Shown here piece by piece: positions 1 to 11,328 of a stretch of DNA of 64,000 bases. Every line of letters starts with the position of its first letter. The stretch's first letter is position 1. The position numbers were made by a program, and so were the translations under genes. Origin of the DNA: Methanocaldococcus sp. 28A (lineage in GTDB: Archaea; AGJL01; Methanococci; Methanococcales; Methanocaldococcaceae); assembly GCA_049852185.1 (NCBI GenBank), contig CP187540.1, one strand, 5' to 3'. The notes under the pieces are model-generated. The model worked only from the letters and a program-made list of their open reading frames with translations, ran no database searches and was not told where the DNA came from.

Positions 1-605
1 GTTATGGCTATTAAAGTAGCATAACTTGCCCCACTTATCCCTAAGTTTAACATATAGATGAATACTGGGTCTAAAATGATGTTTGTTAAGGTTCCTACAA
101 CACTTGCTATCATAACAATTTTTGTATTCCCCTCACCTCTAAATATTCCATACAACGCATCGCAAATTGTAAATATAACAGTCCCTAAAACTAATATACT
201 TGAATATTTTATAGCCAAGGATTTACAAGCCCCATAAGTTCCCATTAGGCTAAATAGGGTATCAAGATTTGGATATACTGCTAAGATATACAAAATTCCA
301 GCAATCAATGCTAATATAATTGCATGATTTGCCACTTTATCAGATTCTTCTTTATTTTTTGCTCCAACTCTCCTTGCTATTCCTGAACTAATTCCAATAC
401 TCAAACCCCAACTAACTGCATATATGCTAATTAATATGGGAAAACTCGCTCCCACAGCTGCTAAGGCATCAGCTCCCAATCCAGAGACCCAGATGCTATC
501 AACTAAGCTATAGATTGATTCAATAAATGTAGCAATAATTATAGGTTTTGATACTTCAATTACAGCTTTTTTTGGATTATTTAGGAGAATTTCAACATTT
601 TTCAT
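1..605 (-). CDS. MATE family efflux transporter (3' part runs off window)
   Basis: Not in ORF track. Reverse strand reads [52 protein letters not shown]...FRGEGNTK...NIILDPVFI, typical MATE motifs; GGTGA RBS upstream. Confidence 0.9.
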   Translation of the reverse strand, partial: MKNVEILLNNPKKAVIEVSKPIIIATFIESIYSLVDSIWVSGLGADALAAVGASFPILISIYAVSWGLSIGISSGIARRVGAKNKEESDKVANHAIILALIAGILYILAVYPNLDTLFSLMGTYGACKSLAIKYSSILVLGTVIFTICDALYGIFRGEGNTKIVMIASVVGTLTNIILDPVFIYMLNLGISGASYATLIAI

Positions 606-689
606 TCTCTATCACCACAATAACAGTAAAAAATAAATACTACTTATACAACTTAATTTTCTTTACAATTTTACAAAATTGTGATAACA

Positions 690-1199
690 ATGCCGAAGCT
701 TTTCATATATCATGCAAATCAATGCAACCCAAAAAAATGCACATCCTTAAAAATGGCTAAGATGAATAAAGCCATTTTGTTAAAAAACCCATACAAAGTT
801 CCAAAAAACTCAATAATTCTAAATCCTTACGCTGAAAAAGCTTTATCTCCAGAAGATAAAAAAATAGTGGAAAAGTTTGGCATAACAGCTCTGGACTGTT
901 CATGGAAAGAAGCAGAGTTGATGTTTAAGAAATTTAAATTTAAAAACCAAAGGTCTTTACCGTTTTTAGTTGCCTGTAATCCAATAAATTATGGAAAGCC
1001 TTGCATGCTTTCAACATTAGAAGCTTTTATTGCTGCTTTATATATAACTAACTTTAAAGATGAAGCATTAAATTTAACCTCTTGCTTTAAGTGGGCAGAA
1101 ACATTTATAAATGTTAATAATGAATTATTAGAGAGATACTCAAATGCTGAAAATTCAGCAGAAGTTGTTGAAATTCAACAAGAGTATTTGCAAAGATAA
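690..1199 (+). CDS. tsr3: rRNA aminocarboxypropyltransferase Tsr3 (DUF367)
   Basis: QCNPKKCTS, LDCSW, RSLPFLVACNPINYG, LSTLEA motifs. Confidence 0.88.
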   Translation: MPKLFIYHANQCNPKKCTSLKMAKMNKAILLKNPYKVPKNSIILNPYAEKALSPEDKKIVEKFGITALDCSWKEAELMFKKFKFKNQRSLPFLVACNPINYGKPCMLSTLEAFIAALYITNFKDEALNLTSCFKWAETFINVNNELLERYSNAENSAEVVEIQQEYLQR

Positions 1200-1221
1200 A
1201 AAATTTCATAATGAAGTTTAT

Positions 1222-1335
1222 TATAGTTGTGTGCAAAATAAAATAAACTTTTATAAGGACAATTTGAATGCCTTCCTTATGGAAGGCATTCTTTAGTTCC
1301 TTATTTTATTTAAGATAGTTTTGCACACAACTATA
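1222..1335. repeat. Palindromic MITE-like element, family A, copy 1
   Basis: 17-bp terminal inverted repeat TATAGTTGTGTGCAAAA...TTTTGCACACAACTATA, central hairpin GAATGCCTTCC-ttat-GGAAGGCATTC. Confidence 0.92.
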
Positions 1336-1373
1336 AATAAGACGTGTCCTATTAAAAATCTACAGGTGAGAAA

Positions 1374-1517
1374 ATGCCATTTGAAGAAGCAATAAAAAGA
1401 TTATTTATGAAAAAGATTTGCATGAGGTGTAATGCAAGAAATCCATGGAAAGCTACAAAATGTAGAAAGTGTGGATACAAAGGTTTAAGGCCAAAAGCAA
1501 AAGAACCAAGAGGATAA
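1374..1517 (+). CDS. rpl40e: 50S ribosomal protein L40e
   Basis: Not in ORF track: [56 protein letters not shown]. Confidence 0.95.
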   Translation: MPFEEAIKRLFMKKICMRCNARNPWKATKCRKCGYKGLRPKAKEPRG

Positions 1518-1581
1518 ACGAGCTATTGTTTTTCTATTTTATTATTTCTCATTAATAGGCTTTGATTTTTTCTTTTTATCT

Positions 1582-2226
1582 TTAAGAAAACATGATTTTG
1601 GCTATTTTAAATGTTATAGTTCCTTCAATAATTCCAGCAACTATAAATAGTATTATAGAAAGGATTAACAACTTTAAAGATTCTTTTATATAATATAAAA
1701 CGTCTCTTTTAGTCCCAAATTTGAAGTTTATTAAAAAATTAATCAATCCGATGTTAAATAAAACTCCACTTGATGCTGAAAGTATTAGAGCTGGGATTTC
1801 AATAATTCCATGTGGTAAAACTAAGTAGATAAAGCTTTTAATTCCAAATTTATAAAGCACATATGATAATATATAAGAATTAACTGCAATGACAAATAAG
1901 GACAAAACTCCAAGAATATAATCCAACATACAAACAGTTAGGTTATTTTCCCAAATAGCTAATATTATTGTTATACTGCTATCATTTAATGAAATTTTTA
2001 GATTTTCAACATGTTTTTGAAAATTTTGAAATATTATATATCCTAAATATGAGAAATATTTTACATTAGCAATCAAAATATACGATATTGCAAAAGATAA
2101 AATAAAAATTACACTGACAAATAAAACAACTTTTTTATTTCTTATAGGGCTTTTTAGAATTTCTTTTAAATCAAATATCTCCTTCAATGCATCTATTAAT
2201 ACCATCATTAAATAAGCATCTCTCAT
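1582..2226 (-). CDS. SpoIIM-family membrane protein
   Basis: Hydrophobic protein with NN, LPHGIIEIPA and AGIIEG motifs. Confidence 0.8.
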   Translation of the reverse strand: MRDAYLMMVLIDALKEIFDLKEILKSPIRNKKVVLFVSVIFILSFAISYILIANVKYFSYLGYIIFQNFQKHVENLKISLNDSSITIILAIWENNLTVCMLDYILGVLSLFVIAVNSYILSYVLYKFGIKSFIYLVLPHGIIEIPALILSASSGVLFNIGLINFLINFKFGTKRDVLYYIKESLKLLILSIILFIVAGIIEGTITFKIAKIMFS

Positions 2227-2228
2227 AA

Positions 2229-3446
2229 TTATCTCCCGAGCTCCTGGTGAGCTTTTCCTAAATGACCTGCCGCTAAAGCACCTAATAAAGATAACTCTCC
2301 TGCTAACACAGCCCCTCCAATAATTTCAGCAAATTTTAAAGCTTTATTATCTCCATAACACCCAAGCATCTCTAAGCACTCTTTCTGTGTCTCAACCCTT
2401 GTCCCTCCACCAACAGTTCCTATTGGAACATCTGGTAATGTTACAGAGAAGTATAATCCATCATCTTCGACCTCTGCCATAGTAATTCCTAAACTACCCT
2501 CAACTATTTGAGCTTCGTCTTGTCCAGTAGCTAAGAATATAGCTCCAATAATATTTGCATAATGAGCATTGAAGCCCATGCTGTTGCTTATTGCTGAGCC
2601 TATATAATTTTTTAATCTATTTACTTCAGCAATTGCTTCAGAAGTGGTTTTTAAATATTTATTAACCTCTTTTTCCTCTAAATAAATCTCTGCTATAATT
2701 GATTTTCCTCTTCCATTAATTAGATTCATCCCACTTGGTTTTTTGTCAACGCAGGCGTTTCCACTAACAGCAACGGTTTTAACAAATATACCTTCTTTTT
2801 TTAATTCTTCCTCTATAAAATTGCAAGCCTTTTCTGTAGCAATTGTAACCATATTCATGCCCATAGCATCTCCAGTCTTAAATACAAATCTTGGATATAA
2901 GTTTCTTCCAACGATTAAAATAGGCTCTATTTTTATTAATTTTCCATGCCTTGTTGTTGATTCAGCAACTTCCTTTATCTTTTCAAAGTTTTCTTTAATC
3001 CAATCTCTAACTTTTATTGCATCTACAACACTTTTTGTTTTTAAGCAAGGGGCTCTTGTCATCTTATCATCTATAACCCTAACAGTAGCTCCCCCACATT
3101 TTGTTATTATTGAGCAACCTCTATTTACTGAAGCTACTAAAGCCCCTTCAGTTGTAGCCAATGGAATATAAAACTCTCCTTTAGCATATTCTCCATTAAT
3201 TTTTAAAGGCCCTGCAAATCCAAGAGGGATTTGTATTGCTCCAATCATATTTTCTATATTCTTTTTCATAGCCATTTCTTCATCTATTGAGTAATTGCAA
3301 ATATGTTTAAACTCTATCCCTATTTTTTTTTCAATAAATTTTTTCCTAATTTCAGTGGCTATTTTTGAATTATATAGTTTATCTAATTGATAGGGCTTTA
3401 TTTCTCCATTTATCATTTTTTCAATTATTTCATTATAATTTTCCAT
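2229..3446 (-). CDS. hmgA: HMG-CoA reductase (NADPH)
   Basis: ENMIG, PLATTEGALVAS, DAMGMNM, GTVGGGT motifs. Confidence 0.97.
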   Translation of the reverse strand: MENYNEIIEKMINGEIKPYQLDKLYNSKIATEIRKKFIEKKIGIEFKHICNYSIDEEMAMKKNIENMIGAIQIPLGFAGPLKINGEYAKGEFYIPLATTEGALVASVNRGCSIITKCGGATVRVIDDKMTRAPCLKTKSVVDAIKVRDWIKENFEKIKEVAESTTRHGKLIKIEPILIVGRNLYPRFVFKTGDAMGMNMVTIATEKACNFIEEELKKEGIFVKTVAVSGNACVDKKPSGMNLINGRGKSIIAEIYLEEKEVNKYLKTTSEAIAEVNRLKNYIGSAISNSMGFNAHYANIIGAIFLATGQDEAQIVEGSLGITMAEVEDDGLYFSVTLPDVPIGTVGGGTRVETQKECLEMLGCYGDNKALKFAEIIGGAVLAGELSLLGALAAGHLGKAHQELGR

Positions 3447-3477
3447 TATACCACCAAAAAATTTATTTAATTGTTAT

Positions 3478-4158
3478 TTAGCCACCAAATTTATTAATAA
3501 TCTCTTCCAAATCTAAAACTCCTTTATGTATTGCCGTTGCTATTAAAACTCCATCAACTCCTAATTTATAGCATAGCTCAATATCATTAATATCTTTAAT
3601 TCCGCCACCAACATACACTGGATTATTTGTTTTCTCTAAAATACATTTTATAAGTTCTACATTAACACCTTTTTGAGTTCCAACTGAAGAGATATCTAAG
3701 ATTATTAATGGTGTGTCTTTTTTAACATAAGTTAAAATCTCATCTAATGAATAATTTAAGAGTTCTCCATTTTTAAAATCTAAACTAACAACTATATCTT
3801 TTTCTTTAAGTAATTCAATATCCTTTAAGGTTTCTGTTGCCACTATTGCTTTATCATCTTTATTTAAAAATTTTTTGATATTCTCTAAGTCCTCTTTTTT
3901 CTTTATCCCAATATCAACAATTTTATTTACAAAATCTATTTTTTTTATAATTTCAAAATTATTCCCATTTCCCATTATAGAGTTTAAGTCAGCAATATAG
4001 ATAGTTTCAGCCCCTCTTTCTTTATAAGCCATTACTACATCAAATGGATTTGATGAATTGCAAATAACGGATTTTAATGGCTTATATTCCTCTCTATTCC
4101 CACTCTTTCCATGCACAGCTATTTTATCTTTTAAATCAATAACTGGAATTATTCTCAT
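3478..4158 (-). CDS. HisA/HisF-related TIM-barrel protein
   Basis: IIPVIDL N-terminus, YIADL, VGGGI, ATAIH. Confidence 0.8.
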   Translation of the reverse strand: MRIIPVIDLKDKIAVHGKSGNREEYKPLKSVICNSSNPFDVVMAYKERGAETIYIADLNSIMGNGNNFEIIKKIDFVNKIVDIGIKKKEDLENIKKFLNKDDKAIVATETLKDIELLKEKDIVVSLDFKNGELLNYSLDEILTYVKKDTPLIILDISSVGTQKGVNVELIKCILEKTNNPVYVGGGIKDINDIELCYKLGVDGVLIATAIHKGVLDLEEIINKFGG

Positions 4159-4233
4159 ATTTTCACCAATATGAAAGATTTAAATCCAAGATAATGGTTT
4201 AAATTTAAATAAAATTCAAAATGGTGAAGACAA

Positions 4234-4713
4234 ATGAATATTAGTTTTATAGGCTTAACTGCCTTAGTATTAATTTTTGGATGCATATTTATCTTTTTTT
4301 TAAATATACTATTTAAAAAAATGGTTGGTGTTGATAATGGATTTAAAGAATTGTTTGGTTTATATAAAGCCATTAAAGAGATTGAAATTAGGAGAGTTGT
4401 TATAACATTGGTTAGTTTAGTTATAACAATACTTTTTATTAAACTTTTAAACATAAAATTAACTGTAATTAATGTTTTTATTTTATTTTTAGTTATTAAA
4501 ACTCTCATTGAGGTTATCATTTATAAAAAACTACCTTTTGATAAACATAACTGGTTATTTTTGTTAACATTTGGTTTTATTATAGTTTGGATGTATTTTG
4601 CTGGATATATTTTAGGTTATTTAGGAGTAGATTCAGTAAATGTTGTAAATGTTTTAGTATTTCTTATGCCAATAATCTTATTGCTTTTTATCGCTGTATT
4701 TGTTGAGTTTTAA
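4234..4713 (+). CDS. Hypothetical membrane protein
   Basis: 159 aa, about 5 hydrophobic segments, GGTGA RBS. Confidence 0.65.
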   Translation: MNISFIGLTALVLIFGCIFIFFLNILFKKMVGVDNGFKELFGLYKAIKEIEIRRVVITLVSLVITILFIKLLNIKLTVINVFILFLVIKTLIEVIIYKKLPFDKHNWLFLLTFGFIIVWMYFAGYILGYLGVDSVNVVNVLVFLMPIILLLFIAVFVEF

Positions 4714-4734
4714 ATATTTATCATAAACTAAAAA

Positions 4735-4848
4735 TATAGTTGTGTGCAAAACTATCTTAAATAAAATAAGGAATTAGTGAATGCCTTCCATAAGGAAGGC
4801 ATTCAAATTGTCCTTATAAAAGTTTATTTTATTTTGCACACAACTATA
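4735..4848. repeat. Palindromic MITE-like element, family A, copy 2 (inverted relative to copy 1)
   Basis: Reverse complement matches 1222-1335 at 111 of 114 positions by manual comparison. Confidence 0.92.
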
Positions 4849-4882
4849 AAAAACCTTCATCGTGATATATAAAAAATAATAT

Positions 4883-6664
4883 TTAATATCTAACTTCTAA
4901 AATTCCTCTATCCCATTCTAAATAATGCCCCTTCTCTCCAACCTTAGCCATGTTTATTATTGGAACTATTGCAGGAGTTGGAGAAATCCCCATCCTCTTC
5001 TGGAAATCTGTTTGCTCTTGGAATGTTCCACTATTTACTAAAATAACTCCTCTATAAATCCCATAACCATTGATGTGTATATGTCCAGTGTGTAAAATAT
5101 CAATATCTCTATCTATAACTAAGTAATCTTTATGTTCTGGAGCTATTGGACATCTTCCTCCATAAGTTGGACATAACAACCTCCTTTTTATTAACTCTCT
5201 CATAATAGTTACTGGATTTTCATAATTTGCAGTTCTAATTTGCCCAACTAAGTCGTCAAAGCTTCTACCGTGATATAATAAAGTATCAAAGCCATGAATA
5301 TTAACAACACACGGATTTCCAACGAAGTAAATATTATCTCTATTAAATAGTTTTATTATTTTCTCTGGCAGTTTTGGTTGAGGTTCTGCAGGTCTGACAG
5401 CATCGTGGTTGCCAGGTGAGATTATTATATGTATATGCTCTGGAATCTGCTCTAAATACATAGCTATCTCTCTATACTGCTCAATAACATCTACTTCATA
5501 TAAATCCTCTTCTTGTCCAGGATAAACTCCTACACCATCAACCAAATCTCCAGCAATGCAAATATATTTTAATCTACTAACTACTCTTTCCTCTAATTCA
5601 TTATCAACATCTCCATTTAAAAATCTAACAAACTTCTCAAACTCTTTATGTAAAAACTCCTTACTTCCAACGTGAATATCTGATAAAAATGCCATGTATA
5701 TTTCTTCATCTATTCTTCTCGGTTCTTTTGGTGAAAATGCAGGTCTTATAATTTCATCAACGTATATTGAGCTTCCAGATTTGCTAACAACTCCAATAGC
5801 TCCAATAACTTCATCCAATAATATATCATCTGGCAACTCTCTACTGTCTATTTTTTCTTTTGGTAAAATTAATGTTATCTCATCTTCAGTATCTTCAATT
5901 CTAACTATTAAATTACCATTTTTTGAGGTATCAACATCACTAACAATTCCAACAACAAAAATATCTTTCTGTCCTTTCATTTTCTTTATATCTTTTAAAG
6001 GATATCCCTTTCTTTGAGCCTTTCTTTCAATAAATACTCTTAATCTCTCAAATCTGTCTCTAAAGTATTTAACAAAATCCTCAATAGTACCAGTGCATGT
6101 AGATTTTCCAGAAACATCTGAATCGTCATATATCTCTATTATAGCGTCAATATCCTTGGCTATCCATTTTATTCTGCTATTTACACTTTCTCTTATTTTT
6201 GTTATGTGTTCATATCTTTTAGCTCTCTCAGCATTAAAATCTTCTTTTTTCTCTTCTTTGGAAATTAGTTGTTTTAATTTCTCTTCAACATCTTCCTCAG
6301 ATTTTTTTACAAATTGTTCTTTTTCTTCTTTCTTAACAAATTCTATTTTTTCTACGTCTTCTTTAATTTTTTCTCCAATTTTTTCTTCTACTTCTTCAAC
6401 TTTTTCTACTTTTTCTTCTTCTCCAGTGTAGTAAAATATGAAGTCAAAATCCTTGTATTCATCTATTATTTTATTTAAATCTTTTTGTAAAAAAATTTCT
6501 AAGAACTTCTCATCCAACAAAATAAAGCTATTATTATATTTTTTAAATTCTCTAATTTTTTCAATTAAATTGTTAATTTCACTTTCATTAAAATTTTTCA
6601 ACTTTTCATAAACCGTTGGGGATAATAAAACTTCAATATCTAAAAATTTATTTATTATTTCCAT
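4883..6664 (-). CDS. polB: DNA polymerase D small (exonuclease) subunit DP1
   Basis: OB fold plus calcineurin-like motifs SDIHVGS, GDLVDGVGVYPGQ, PGNHD, HTGHIH, NSGTFQ. Confidence 0.95.
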   Translation of the reverse strand: MEIINKFLDIEVLLSPTVYEKLKNFNESEINNLIEKIREFKKYNNSFILLDEKFLEIFLQKDLNKIIDEYKDFDFIFYYTGEEEKVEKVEEVEEKIGEKIKEDVEKIEFVKKEEKEQFVKKSEEDVEEKLKQLISKEEKKEDFNAERAKRYEHITKIRESVNSRIKWIAKDIDAIIEIYDDSDVSGKSTCTGTIEDFVKYFRDRFERLRVFIERKAQRKGYPLKDIKKMKGQKDIFVVGIVSDVDTSKNGNLIVRIEDTEDEITLILPKEKIDSRELPDDILLDEVIGAIGVVSKSGSSIYVDEIIRPAFSPKEPRRIDEEIYMAFLSDIHVGSKEFLHKEFEKFVRFLNGDVDNELEERVVSRLKYICIAGDLVDGVGVYPGQEEDLYEVDVIEQYREIAMYLEQIPEHIHIIISPGNHDAVRPAEPQPKLPEKIIKLFNRDNIYFVGNPCVVNIHGFDTLLYHGRSFDDLVGQIRTANYENPVTIMRELIKRRLLCPTYGGRCPIAPEHKDYLVIDRDIDILHTGHIHINGYGIYRGVILVNSGTFQEQTDFQKRMGISPTPAIVPIINMAKVGEKGHYLEWDRGILEVRY

Positions 6665-7757
6665 TTTTATCCTCCTTCTTCACCTTCTTAAATCTCTCCT
6701 TTTTTAAATTTTTATTTATATTATAGCAAAGATAATCTAAAGGATGTATGATAAATTTTTTCTTACAAATCTCATCTGGTTTGCAGTAATAACTTAGTCC
6801 CTTCCCTCCATCAGATTGCCAGTTTTTGCAGTATTCACAGTGTGTCAACCTTTTATGTCCTACTTTATAACCAATATTGTGCATAATATAATACCTTGTC
6901 TTCTTCTCATCAAAATCCTCAACATTTTTAAAAATCATCTCAATAAGTTCATCTATAAATCTCTCAATTTCTTCTTCACTTGCTATATCTGTAGCTGAGA
7001 TATTTACCAAATTTCCATTTTTATCTAAAGGTCTTAGATTAGGATTAAATTTAGCACAGAACCAATAAACTACAAAGCTCCTCCTTGCATAATGTGATGG
7101 AGAGCCTCCACTCAAAATATCATTTAAAATTCCTCTTATACATGGTGGATGCCATTCTAACGGGATGTTTCCTTTATAGTTTAATGCTTTAATTCCCTCT
7201 ATTTGTTCATATTTAACCTTATCTTTTAGGTAGTTGTTAATCTCATTTAGTAAGTTCTCTATAATTTCTTCTTCAGGAAGTTTTGCTTTTTTAGCTAAAT
7301 CTCCGAGATGTTTTAATTCAACTCTAATAAATTCTCTTGCGTAAATTTCTTTAATTTCAGTTATATCAACATATCCATTTTTTAGGTCTAATCTCTCTAA
7401 GTGTAAATCATTATTTCTTGCCTTTGAAGCTGTTTTTATAAATTCCCAGACAGAAATTTTGTTTGGCAGCTCTTTCAATATATCAGATTTTTTTATTTCG
7501 GAATATTTTTTTATAAACGAGTTAAAATAATTAGTATGAGATAGTAAAATTATTAAAAGATAATCAATTAAGGCGTCTAACTTTTTTTTATCTATATTAA
7601 CCAATTTTGAATATTCCCCTAAATCTTTCTCATACTCTTTATTTTTTTCATAGATATATCTTAACTTTGATAGTATTAAATTTCTATATCTTTTTAAAGA
7701 TTCCAAAAAATCAATATACTTAAATTCATCTAAATATTCTAAAAGCATAATAATCAC
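6648..7757 (-). CDS. priL: DNA primase large subunit
   Basis: PPCI...G..HYARR, KTRY, Cys-containing C-terminal Fe-S domain, HPLDY. Confidence 0.8.
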   Translation of the reverse strand: MIIMLLEYLDEFKYIDFLESLKRYRNLILSKLRYIYEKNKEYEKDLGEYSKLVNIDKKKLDALIDYLLIILLSHTNYFNSFIKKYSEIKKSDILKELPNKISVWEFIKTASKARNNDLHLERLDLKNGYVDITEIKEIYAREFIRVELKHLGDLAKKAKLPEEEIIENLLNEINNYLKDKVKYEQIEGIKALNYKGNIPLEWHPPCIRGILNDILSGGSPSHYARRSFVVYWFCAKFNPNLRPLDKNGNLVNISATDIASEEEIERFIDELIEMIFKNVEDFDEKKTRYYIMHNIGYKVGHKRLTHCEYCKNWQSDGGKGLSYYCKPDEICKKKFIIHPLDYLCYNINKNLKKERFKKVKKEDKNGNNK

Positions 7758-8728
7758 GTGTTTTTAAAGTTGTTTTCTGATTCAATAACAGCTTTAATGT
7801 GAGGATATGCCAATTTTACATCATTTTCTCTATTAACATTTTCTAAGATTCTTTTATAAATTTCAGTTTTTACTACTGCTTTATCATAAACGTTTACCAA
7901 ATAATGAGCATTTACATAAAAAGAACTTCTTGTTATACCTATTCTAATTAATGGCTTATCAAATAATCTTTTTGAAGTTAGATACTTCCTCTTAGACCAT
8001 TTTTCATAAAGCTTTCTCATCAAATCTCCAACAACTTCACTAACAGATTCAAAAACTATTTTTTCAGCTTTATTTACATTACTGTTTAGTGTGAAATGCA
8101 CAGTAACAGTGTCCCAAATGTATGGTGTTCCTTTTGTAAGGTTTTTTATTGAGGATGTAAATATATATGAATTTGGAAGAATTAATACACTTCCCGTAGG
8201 ATTAAAATTTTCAGGAGTTAATTCACTTAAGTAGATGTGCTGAGTGTCAATATCAAATACATCACCAGCTCCAACACCTTTAATAAAAATTATATCCCCA
8301 ATTTTTATTGTTCTTGTATATAAGATGATAATCCATCCAGCAAAGTTTAAAATGGGTCTTTGTAAAGCGTAAGTTATTGCCGCCCCAATTAAACCTACTG
8401 AGACTACTAAAGAGGAAACATTTTGATAGAGAACTCCAAAAATCATCAAAGCTACACAAACATAGACGAGATATTTAAAGATATAGTTTAGAGTTAAATA
8501 TTCACCAGCTTTTTCTTCCCTTTCCCCAGCATATTTTCTAAATATTTCAGAAGCAATATCGACAATAATAAGCCCAGATAAAATAATAATAGCAATAATC
8601 ATTATTTGATTTTGGTATTTGGTAAGTAGTTCAATATATGTTTCTAAATTAAAAACTGATATAAGGCTGTGTAATAAAATTATTAATAATACAATCTTTA
8701 TTCCTAATTTTATTCTGTTATCAATCAT
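7754..8728 (-). CDS. MscS family mechanosensitive channel
   Basis: [17 protein letters not shown]...IKIGD, PNS, LAYPH; start moved to ATG at 8728 after AGAGG RBS. Confidence 0.88.
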   Translation of the reverse strand: MIDNRIKLGIKIVLLIILLHSLISVFNLETYIELLTKYQNQIMIIAIIILSGLIIVDIASEIFRKYAGEREEKAGEYLTLNYIFKYLVYVCVALMIFGVLYQNVSSLVVSVGLIGAAITYALQRPILNFAGWIIILYTRTIKIGDIIFIKGVGAGDVFDIDTQHIYLSELTPENFNPTGSVLILPNSYIFTSSIKNLTKGTPYIWDTVTVHFTLNSNVNKAEKIVFESVSEVVGDLMRKLYEKWSKRKYLTSKRLFDKPLIRIGITRSSFYVNAHYLVNVYDKAVVKTEIYKRILENVNRENDVKLAYPHIKAVIESENNFKNT

Positions 8729-8750
8729 AAATAAACCTCTATTGGTGATT

Positions 8751-9866
8751 TTGTTGTTACTAAAAGGTAAATTTTTATATGGGGAAGATTTTGAGCTGAG
8801 AGAGGGAGTTTTGGCTATTGAAGATGGCATTATTAAAGGCTTTACAAATGAGCATAGTGGTGAGATTGTTGAGTTTAAAGGATTAATTATACCTCCCTTA
8901 ATAAATGCCCATACACACATAGCGGATAATAGTATAAAGGATATTGGCATTAATAAAACTTTGGATGAGTTAGTTAAACCTCCAAATGGTTTAAAGCATA
9001 GATATTTGGCTGAATGTGATGATGAAATTTTAATTGAGGGCATGAAACTTGGTTTAGAAGATATGGGAGAGCATGGAATAAAATTTTTTTGTGATTTTAG
9101 GGAAAATGGGGTTAAAGGAATTAATTTATTAAATAAAGCTTTAGAATCTTATGATTATCCAAAAGCTATAATTTTAGGAAGACCTACAAAAATTAACAAA
9201 AATGAAATAAAAGAGGTTTTAAAAATATCTAATGGTTTAGGATTAAGTGGGGCTAATGAATTTGAAGATGATGAACTAAAATTAATTTTTAAAATCTTTA
9301 AGAGATTTAAAGAAAAAGATGATAAGAAATTATTTGCCATACACGCAGCTGAGCATAAAGGGGCTTTAAAATATAGTTTAAACAAATATGGCATGACAGA
9401 GGTTGAGAGATTAATAGATTTAGGAATAAAGCTAAATTTTATTGTTCATGGGACCCATCTCACAAATAATGATATAGAATTATTGAAGGAAAATAAGATT
9501 CCAGTTATTGCTTGTGTAAGAGCTAACTTATCATTTAATGTAGGTATGCCAAAATTAAATGAACTTAATGATAATTTATTGGTAGGAATTGGGACAGATA
9601 ACTTTATGACAAACTCTCCTTCAATATTTAAGGAAATGGATTTTATATATAAATTGTATCACATAGAGCCAAAGGATATTTTGAGAATGGCAACAATAAA
9701 CAATGCAAAGATTTTAAAGCTTGAGAATGTTGGTTTGATAGAGGAAGGTTTTAAGGCTACTTTTACTTTTATAAAACCAACAAATGCTATACTATTTTCT
9801 AAGAATATCGTTGCTTCAGTAGTTACAAGATGTGAGAAAGGGGATGTAATAAATTTTACTTTTTAA
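8751..9866 (+). CDS. Amidohydrolase family protein
   Basis: [24 protein letters not shown]; probable TTG start after GGTGA. Confidence 0.85.
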   Translation: MLLLKGKFLYGEDFELREGVLAIEDGIIKGFTNEHSGEIVEFKGLIIPPLINAHTHIADNSIKDIGINKTLDELVKPPNGLKHRYLAECDDEILIEGMKLGLEDMGEHGIKFFCDFRENGVKGINLLNKALESYDYPKAIILGRPTKINKNEIKEVLKISNGLGLSGANEFEDDELKLIFKIFKRFKEKDDKKLFAIHAAEHKGALKYSLNKYGMTEVERLIDLGIKLNFIVHGTHLTNNDIELLKENKIPVIACVRANLSFNVGMPKLNELNDNLLVGIGTDNFMTNSPSIFKEMDFIYKLYHIEPKDILRMATINNAKILKLENVGLIEEGFKATFTFIKPTNAILFSKNIVASVVTRCEKGDVINFTF

Positions 9867-10441
9867 ATCTTTACTTCTCCTTTAGTACTTACAATTCCCT
9901 TTCTCTCATCAAATTTTGTAGCTAAATCTAAAGCAACACCAAACGCTTTAAATAAAGCTTCAGCTTTGTGATGTTCATTCTTACCAACAACTTCATAATG
10001 GATATTTAGCATTCCATAGCTTGCCACTGATTCAAAAAAGTGATTTATATTCTCTGTTGCCAAATCTCCAACATATTCTCTCTCTGGTTTATAATTTCCC
10101 ACACAATAACATCTCCCACTTAAATCTATTGAAACCATTGCCCTTGCATCGTCCATTGGAATTATTGCCCATCCAAATCTAAAAATATTTTTTCTCTCTA
10201 TTTGGTTTAGAGCTAAGCCTAAGCAAATTCCCACATCTTCAACTGTATGGTGGTCGTCAATCTCTAAATCTCCTCTTGCTTTAACAATTAAATCAAAACA
10301 TCCATGTTTAGCAAAAGATGCTAATAAATGGTCAAAAAATGGAATTCCAGTATCTATTTTATACTTTCCAGTTCCGTCAATATTTATTTTTAAATAAACA
10401 TTTGTCTCCTTTGTTTCTCTCATTACTTCAAAAACTCTCAT
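9863..10441 (-). CDS. hisB: Imidazoleglycerol-phosphate dehydratase
   Basis: [32 protein letters not shown]. Confidence 0.96.
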   Translation of the reverse strand: MRVFEVMRETKETNVYLKINIDGTGKYKIDTGIPFFDHLLASFAKHGCFDLIVKARGDLEIDDHHTVEDVGICLGLALNQIERKNIFRFGWAIIPMDDARAMVSIDLSGRCYCVGNYKPEREYVGDLATENINHFFESVASYGMLNIHYEVVGKNEHHKAEALFKAFGVALDLATKFDERKGIVSTKGEVKI

Positions 10442-10451
10442 ACTTTCACCT

Positions 10452-11141
10452 TTAACCTTCCCAGAGACAGACAAACATGATATGGTCTTTTTCAAAAGGT
10501 TCTATATCAACTTCATCAACTACTTTAAAACCATTTTTCTCTAAAATTTCTTTTTGTTCTTTAAAAATCTCCTTAGGATTTTTTGTGACATCTATACTTC
10601 TTGCCTTTATTGCAATCATCCCATAACCTCCTTTCTTTAAAAACCATTTGGCATTTTTAATCAATATCTCTGCTTGATTAGGCTGAGCAACATCCTCATA
10701 TATAACATCTACCTTTTCAACAATATTTGCATACTCTTGAGGTTTATTAGCATCTCCTAAAATTGGGATTATGTTTTCTCTCTCAGCGCATGCATCTAAG
10801 AGCTCTCTCATAATTCTTGGAGCATATTCTACAGCATAAACAATACCTTTATCAGCAATATCTGCAACGTGAGATGGTGTTGTACCAGCTGAAGCTCCTA
10901 AGTATAGAATTTTTGAGTCTCTCTTTATTGGCATAACTTTTAAACCTTTAATTATTGCAGCAGCCAATTTACTTTTATTTGGATTCCAAATTCTGTATTC
11001 TTCATCATTAATTTTTACTATTTTTTCATCATAAACCTTCTTTCCCTTAACAATAGATCTTGTAGCTATTCTTTTTACACCATCTTCTAAATCAATCTCA
11101 TAAATGTTTTCAAAAATCTCTATAGTTTTTATATTTTCCAT
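10452..11141 (-). CDS. flpA: Fibrillarin-like rRNA/tRNA 2'-O-methyltransferase
   Basis: [37 protein letters not shown]. Confidence 0.96.
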   Translation of the reverse strand: MENIKTIEIFENIYEIDLEDGVKRIATRSIVKGKKVYDEKIVKINDEEYRIWNPNKSKLAAAIIKGLKVMPIKRDSKILYLGASAGTTPSHVADIADKGIVYAVEYAPRIMRELLDACAERENIIPILGDANKPQEYANIVEKVDVIYEDVAQPNQAEILIKNAKWFLKKGGYGMIAIKARSIDVTKNPKEIFKEQKEILEKNGFKVVDEVDIEPFEKDHIMFVCLWEG

Positions 11142-11232
11142 TTTATCACCAAAAAATAGATAATAATGCAAATATATATAATTCTGCTTCTAAACAATAG
11201 CAAAGAGTATAATAGTATAAAAGACTTTTTAA

Positions 11233-11318
11233 TTGTTGTGTGCAAAACTATATTTAAATAAAATAATAAGGTATTAATGAATGCCTTCCTCATGGAAGGC
11301 ATCCAAATTATCATTATA
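11233..11318. repeat. Family A element, truncated copy 3
   Basis: GTTGTGTGCAAAACTA end and ATGCCTTCC-tcat-GGAAGGCAT hairpin; second TIR missing. Confidence 0.85.
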
Positions 11319-11328
11319 TTTTTAGGAG

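Noticed and set aside
6240-6430. Glu/Lys-rich quasi-repeat in DP1
   Set aside because: Ordinary low-complexity linker.
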